Below are positions 57,301 through 64,000 of a DNA stretch of 64,000 nt, in pieces; position 1 is the stretch's first letter; every line of letters starts with the position of its first letter. The position numbers and the translations under genes are program-made. Under the pieces are notes generated by a model that did no database searches, was not told where the DNA came from, and saw only the letters and a program-made list of their open reading frames with translations. Source of the stretch: Phallusia mammillata (taxonomy: Eukaryota); contig OZ281501.1 in the NCBI GenBank assembly GCA_965637545.1, positions 992,001 to 1,056,000 of the forward strand, read 5' to 3'.

Positions 57301-60300
57301 GCAAGGGCAATATGTGCTAAGCCACCCTTCTAGTTGGATGTAGATTTTCCACTTGGTGTCAAAGTTTCTTCTGAAGATGTTGCAATTATTCTGTTCTCAA
57401 GTGGAACCACTGGATTGGCAAAAGGAGTGATGTTGACACAAAAAAATGTTATGGCCATTTTTACAATATATAAGTAGGTACTATTATTGCTTTGAATCAG
57501 CTAAATTGGGTTTGGTCTGAAACTGAATATTTGACAGTTTTATTTCCAAACATATTTAACCAAATCAACAGAATCATTTGTGACACCACATGAAGTCAGA
57601 CAGAGCGCTTTTTGAATGTAAAAATAAGTTTTACAATGAGGCAAACAATGGAGTAAAGAATGCTTGTGTTTTATTATCCTTTTTTTTGTTCTGTGGGTTT
57701 TAGGGTTGCCATTTGATACCAAACTTAGAATGAATAACTGATCCTTTGTCAAAAAAATTATATTGCTTCAAAAACTATAATAGTTAACATGACTTTAGTT
57801 TTTGTGTAGTGTAAAAAAGTGTGACATACCTAACAAGGCAGGAATGACATTTTTATGATTTATAATTGGTTTTGTAAAATGGCTGTCCAAGTCTTTGTGA
57901 AAAGTTTATACCTGCCTTTCATGTCTTTCCCTTTTTATTTCTTTTTTTTGAAAACACACTTGGTTTTTACTATGTTAAAAAATGACCTAACATGTTTGAA
58001 AATGTCTCAAAACTTAAAAGAGTTTTCACATCTTTCAAAAGATGTGTACTTGCAAACATGCAGGCAAGTAGTATTTTTTGCAAGATTATTTTTTTACCTT
58101 ATGCTCAGGGCATCTCAGAGTTTCTTACCCAGTGATGTTCTGTACCTTGTGCTGCCTATGTTTCATATTTATGGAATTCTAACAACACATCTGTCTATTG
58201 CACATGGAAGTCAAGTTGTGCTGAGAAAGAGGTTTCATTTTAATCAGATGCTGCAAGATATACAAAAATATAAGGTTGGCATGTTGATCATAACAGGTCT
58301 GGTGTAAATAATCTGAAATTTGTGTTTTTCATTCTGTGTTTAGCGTTTTTATTGCCAAAAACACTGAAGAAATTCACTTTATAACTAAAAATAGCTTCAT
58401 TTATTCAGACAATACTGAGGCATTTAGTACCCTTAATCAGCCATACATTCTTTGTTCAGTACTGTAATAAATTTAATATTGATTCCGGCTCTGTGTAGAC
58501 ATCTTCTTTCTTATTCAAACGAATCTATGTATTTTAAACAGATTACCAAATTTTCAACAGCTCCACCAATCATTGTCGGTTTGGACCAACTTCCATCAGA
58601 TCATGGTTTTGACCTTTCAACCTTGAGTGAGGTCGGTTCAGGTGCGGCTCCGTTACCTGAAAGTGTGGCAAAGTCTGTAGGCAAAAAGTTAAACATCAAA
58701 GTGAACCAAGGTGAGTGGTAGATTTGCTACTTTATTGTTTCAGGAAAAATGTTTCAGTTTTAAAGAACTAGTACTTTAGAAGAAAGAGCTGAAGGATATG
58801 TTTTATATTTTCGTTATAGCAGTCGAATTTCTATTTTAGAAACTGTGTTTACTGCATCCAAAACTAACATAAAAAATCAACATACTAAAACTTTAAAGTG
58901 TGATGTGAACATAATTACAATTCATGGCTGACAGGTTAGTCTGTTAATTATTAATTGCAGTTTGGGGACTGACTGAATGCCCCAAAATAGCGATCCCTTT
59001 GAAAGAAGCAACTCCAGTCAGTTCGGTGGGCAGCGTTACACCCAACACACTACTTAAGGTGAGTTTAATCACTGACAGTGGCCATTTCCTTGTGTTTGGT
59101 TATTTATAAACGGTGCTTACAAAATCGACACGGCTTGTTAAAAAACTGGCCAAGAAGGCCTTAAAATCTAATTCCCAATGTTGGGGAAAGAAAAAGAAAG
59201 GTTTAGCCACCAAAAAAGTTAAAAAAATAAAACTGAAATATTATTTATGTAATGATATTACATTGTGTAGGTTATTGATCTTAATACTGGAAAAGAACTG
59301 GGACCCAATCAAGATGGAGAGTTATGGGTTAAAGGGCCTCAGGTAATGTTAAGGAATGCAATCATGAAGAGTAAAACAAAAACAACCAGAAAATTGCATT
59401 TGGTGCAAAATAAATACAATGCCTGATCACCAAACGGTAAAGTTAAGGTTCTTTTAGATTATGAAGGGATACTTAAACAATCCTGAAGCTACAGCAAAGG
59501 CAATTGACAGTGAAGGCTGGTTTCATACAGGAGATATCGGACATTACGATGATAACGAGTTTATCTATATCGTTGATCGACTGAAAGAGCTGATAAAGTA
59601 CAAAGGATTTCAAGTTAGTTGATACAAAAATACATTTTATGGAATGAAGTAAGCATTACGTCATATTCAGGTGGCACCAGCCGAATTGGAAGACGTTTTG
59701 TTACGTCATCCCAAGATTGTTGACTCAGGAGTCATAGGTGTTCCCGATCTCGAAGCAGGGGAATTACCCAAAGCTTTAATTGTCAAAAAAGATCCATCCC
59801 TCACAGAGCAAGAAATTCACGAGTTTCTGAAAGGTTTAAATCGCTCTAAATCCGTTTTTCCACCTAACAAATGCTTGGTTATTATGGGTCCCCTTCCTTG
59901 AAGGGGACACATCTTGATTTTACTCGATTTCTTTTTTTCTTTTTTCTTTTTTTTTCTTTTTTTTTTTTTTCTTCCCTGAAGTTTGTCCACCCCTTTTTGC
60001 CCTGAAATGTTTGATGGATTTGGATGAAACTTTCACAGATGGTAGATATAGTTGTGTAGATGTGCCATCTGCTTCGTTTGTCATGATAACCCCAGTATTT
60101 ACCCCGCTAGCCCCCAAAATGTAAAATGTGGTTTGTGCGCACCACAAACATTAGTTTTGTGTGATGTTATAAAGGCAACTACATATGGTACTCATGTTTA
60201 AGGATTGCTTGGTGAACGTGTTTGCGGATAGCAGTCAAGGGGGTTGTTCACAGCCTTGTGACGTCACAAGTCATTACGGTTGTTGGTTAAAACGCCCCCT

Positions 60301-61261
60301 AGTGGTCAAAATAGAAACATTGGCCGATTTAGACAAAATTTTACAGGATTGTTGTTTGGGTCATTGCAGATTCATATTTTCAACATTAGGGTGAAGAACC
60401 CCATCAGTTACCCCACTACCCCCATAAAATGGGTGAATTTTTAAACAGGGTTGGATTTGGCTGAAATTTGGATAGCTTGTAGAATTTGCCATTGACAAAT
60501 GACGATTGTTGTGTTAAACCTTGTAGCCCCAGCATTTACCCCACTAGCCCCCTAAAAAGGGTAAATTATTTAAACAGGGTCGGAATTGGCTGAAATTTGG
60601 ATAGCTTGTACAATTTACCATTTACAAATGACGATTGTTGTGTTAAACCCTGTAGCCCCAATAGTCACCCTACTAGCCCCCTAAAATGGGTGAGTTTTTA
60701 AACAGTGCGCAATTGTTGGAAATGTTATGCCATTTATAGGTATCGAATGTTGTATTTTACTTCTTTGTTTTAAACTAGACAAACTTTAAACAATGCTTGA
60801 ATTGAGTAGATTTGTATAGTTTGAACTTTGCATAGCATGACTATTTAATCTTAGTACCAATCACAGTGTTTTACTTTACAACACCAATGTTTCTTATGGT
60901 TATCTCTTGAAATGCAGTATTTACAACTTTGCATGTGTGGGGACCCATGAGTTTCTACCTGCAGAAACAACTAACGTTTTAAAAGACGGTGGCTAATATG
61001 GGACCCAATATAAAATAAGTGAAGGAATTATATTGCCGTTTTAGAATACGATTTAGTGTATGGACAATGGCAAAATGTGCTAAGCCACCCCTCTAGTTTT
61101 TAACAGTGCTTTGTCATTTTGCAGATAAAGTGTCGAAGTTTAAATACCTGAGTGGCGGAATAACATTTGTTGATGCCATTCCTAAGTCTGCGAGCGGCAA
61201 AATTCTGCGCAGGGTTTTAAGGCGTCGAGTGGAGGAAATAAAAATTTCATCAAAATATTGA
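54350..61261 (+). CDS. 4CL/luciferase-like acyl-CoA ligase copy E (12 exons, intact, most divergent)
   Basis: Exons include 54350-54451, 54640-54850, 55751-55823 (GC donor) and 57344-57473; the last exon ends at 61261. Motifs [49 protein letters not shown], ending ISSKY*. Confidence 0.92.
55880..57333 (+). mobile_element. Helentron/Helitron-like non-autonomous element in intron 4 of copy E
   Basis: Starts TATTATGGGTCCCC; subterminal inverted GGGACCCA near the 3' end; terminal hairpin AAGGG..CCCTT then CTAG; inserted in a T-run with no TSD; internal ~128-bp tandem repeats and a ~108-bp duplication. A second copy lies at 59880. Confidence 0.7.
59880..61096 (+). mobile_element. Second copy of the Helentron/Helitron-like element, in intron 11 of copy E
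   Basis: Same termini as 55880-57333 (TATTATGGGTCCCC ... CCCTCTAG|TTTT), one fewer 128-bp unit and no 108-bp duplication. Confidence 0.7.
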
Positions 61262-61932
61262 AGCCGACTTAATTCACATGTTCGTAATTTTATTTATTCA
61301 TCGTGCAATCATTTTTTATTATTTCTTGCGCTTACGTGAGGTACTACAGTGTAATTTTAAATATTTAACCACATTCATCGAAATGCAGATGTTTCCAATG
61401 ACAAATTCGTAGGGAAGTCGCGATAGGTTCTAATTTTTTTTTGATGACCATTTCAGTGTGTCCAGTCTGAACGGCTGTGTGTTTAGGGGAATAAGTTGTG
61501 GTGGGCGCTTGGCATAGGAGGTGGCGCAAGTTTGGATAAAAATATGTTGCCGTATTTACGATTGTAAACCACATGTTGAGGTGTAAAAAGGTAATGTAAG
61601 CCACACGCCGGAATTTTAGGTTGCCTTATTTACTTGACGTGCAATCATTTTTTTTCTGATGACTATGAAAGTGTGTCAAGTCGAAAAGATCCTGTGCGAT
61701 AAAAATAACGGTTTTATGGTAGTGTGCCGGTTCTTGGCAAGGAGGTGGTACAAGTTGGATAGTGTAACTCTGTTTTGTTCCCGTTGGGTCAAAATGCTGA
61801 CATTAATTAAATATTCACCTTGCGTCTGTGAATTTGAATTATTGCTTACAGCTGATCGTTGTCGTTTTTTTTGTCGTTTTAGGCTTGGGTTAGGTGCATG
61901 GTTGGTACAAGTAAAAACAGTTTAATTTAGAG

Positions 61933-62355
61933 CAGTAGTTCTAAAATGTTGGTGTCACCTAGCGCTAGCTTTCCTCCCATGTTACCCAGAAGGTACCTCT
62001 GCAGCTTAAATATGGCCCTATGAGCTAAAAGGGGCATAAAATCAGCAAAAAACACACTTGTGAATGGGAGCGGTGCGTGACCGCCACAATACACCAAGCG
62101 TGATCGACCAGAACAAATGCAGTTTTAGCTCTTCACTGGTACAAGTTGAAAGGAATGTGTACTGTCTGCAGTTAGTGGTATCATGTTGAGTTAACCCTTA
62201 GCATTTTTATATTTTAAACGCTAAAACATCAATTATCGCATTGACATTGTACGTGGAATAATATCGTTTTGATTGTTGTTTGTTTTAAGAGGGGCATTTA
62301 TGAATTATGTAGACACAATAGGGGCGGTACAGGAGAAAATGGTTGAGAAACACTG
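61933..62355. mobile_element. Older hAT-type MITE
   Basis: Imperfect TIRs CAGTAGTTCTAAA ... TTGAGAAACACTG; flanks ATTTAGAG / ATTTATAG (7/8 match). Confidence 0.65.
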
Positions 62356-62363
62356 ATTTATAG

Positions 62364-64000
62364 CTTTTAATGTTCTCATTTGAAGTGTGAAATTTGTTAC
62401 TTTTGTAGCAGACAGCTGGTTTATTCACTTCTAGTTACAATGCACTTTTGTACTTTTTATTGCGGAACTCTTTGAAAGAAACGTTTGTATATTTGTCTAA
62501 CACACACTATTCTGCGACTGCTTGGCTGAGGTACAAAGTTTACACCTCCCTTGTAAATCATTGACCGACTTACAACGAACAATGTAGACTGGCTTGACTC
62601 GAAAGGAACCAGAGCGTAAAAAATGTTTACACCTCACATTTTGACGTTGTTTCTGTGCAACTACAACTAAAGAGTTTCCGTACCCGCTTCTAGTGGTTGG
62701 CTACAGCCGCGTCTATACCATGTAACGAAAGTTAGAAAGAGGCAAAATTGAGGCAACAACAAGTGTTAAACAGATAAATGAAAATCAGCAATGCAAAAAA
62801 AAACGTTACGTGCAGTGGCATTTAGTTCAAAAGGGCATTGGCTCTGAGCGGTAAAGGTTGGCGACCCTTGTCGTAGAGTTATGAACTTAGATCTACAGAG
62901 TTTGCGAGGGTTCATAACAACAGCATCACGTGTGCTTTCTGCGTAGTTAAGGATCTGAATACATTGTGCTTAAGTCTGCAAAAGTTGATATAACTTGTGT
63001 CGTTTGTGGATGTCTGTGAAAAGCACTGACTGTGTTTGTTAATACGCTGACGATATTTTGTTTATATGTAACTGCACACTTAAGATGGATTAGATTCTGA
63101 CCAAAGTACATATAGCTTGGGACTTGGTAAAACAAGCTACACATGTCAGCATGTTATTGCGCTTGAGGCAGACTTGGTTCGTCGTTTTTAAAACCGCTGT
63201 TATGTGAATCTATGTATTGGCAGTTTTTGAACGAAGACGTAACAACCATGTAAAATGGCAGGACATATCTTTATGGCATAGTGAAGCGTATATCATTGGT
63301 TTTCCGTGTAGTTTGAAAGCGTTTTCCTGAACTGTTACATAACTTAGTCGCTATGTTGGTCTTATGCTTACGCCGAGATCCACTACTAACTTAATATCAG
63401 TAATATTTACAAAGTATTAATATTAAACGTGTTTCATTAGACGTTGCAGTAACAAAAGTATTGTAAAATGCCGCTTCGAAGTCCAATGCCTGATTTAGTA
63501 ATTCCTAATGTCAGTTTTGGTGATTATATGTTTTCGAATCTCGCTAGAAGCAAAAACAAGGTTACTGTGGTAAGTTACTACTTTTTTCTCAAACCCTGGG
63601 ATAAAAACATGATTGGTTTATCAATCTTTGTTTTTTGTATGTGAAGCGTTTGTTGACCAGTTTCGTTCTTGACGTGTGTTTTCCATGTTATCTCAGATTG
63701 ACAGTTCAAACAATGACAACCAGTACACGTCCCAGGAAGTACGTGAGAACTCCATGAAATGTGGGAGCGCATTTTACCGCATGGGGTTGATGAAGGGTGA
63801 TGTGGTGGCAACTTGTCTCACAAACTGTGCCGAATACACATTCATAGTGATGGGAGTGAATGCATGCGGTGGAATACTTACTACGTCAAACCCAAACTAC
63901 ACCAAAGGTTGGATTAAAGCTTCCCAATTCAATTTATAGTGAAGTTGTTTGTTTATAGCTGAATCAGACTTGTAAGTCTGGCCTGGTTTGGGCTTGAGTT
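62364..64000 (+). repeat. Segmental duplication of ~40590-42260
   Basis: Near-identical upstream region, exon 1, intron 1 and exon 2 between copies C and F, differing by a few substitutions and small indels. Confidence 0.92.
63468..64000 (+). CDS. 4CL/luciferase-like acyl-CoA ligase copy F (exons 1-2 only; runs off the right edge)
   Basis: [34 protein letters not shown]|GT and AG|[23 protein letters not shown]...NPNYTK|GT, matching copy C. Intactness beyond the window is unknown. Confidence 0.85.

Noticed and set aside
55920-60147. Duplicate Lys-rich 75-aa ORFs exactly 4000 bp apart
   Set aside because: They translate the T-rich microsatellite of the two Helentron-like copies; the round spacing has no evident meaning.
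61656-61685. CTGATGA-CTAT-GAAA
   Set aside because: No stem II pair and a non-palindromic stem III; chance match.

Overview
AT-rich, intron-containing animal genomic DNA. Short introns and an intron-rich protocadherin suggest an invertebrate, possibly an ascidian (inference only). From left to right: (1) the 5' coding exons of a protocadherin on the - strand, running off the left edge; (2) about 22 kb with no recognisable gene, carrying hAT-type MITEs; (3) a 7-exon cytosolic sulfotransferase (-) head-to-head with a 5-exon RidA imine deaminase (+); (4) a roughly 32-kb array of 12-exon 4-coumarate-CoA-ligase/firefly-luciferase-like adenylate-forming enzymes. I label the array copies A(+), B(-), C(+), D(-), E(+) and F(+, cut by the window edge), plus three gene fragments. 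B, C and E look intact (about 525 aa). A has several lesions and D lacks exon 2. The paralogues differ in the substrate-pocket exons but share near-identical patches elsewhere, have swapped 3' ends, carry WG[LM]TE in place of the usual YGxTE, and keep a C-terminal SKY. Several Penelope-type minimal hammerhead ribozyme motifs, two Helentron-like insertions and a DNA transposon with a 2-bp target duplication are also present. All exon structures were read by hand; enzyme functions are inferred from motifs only.
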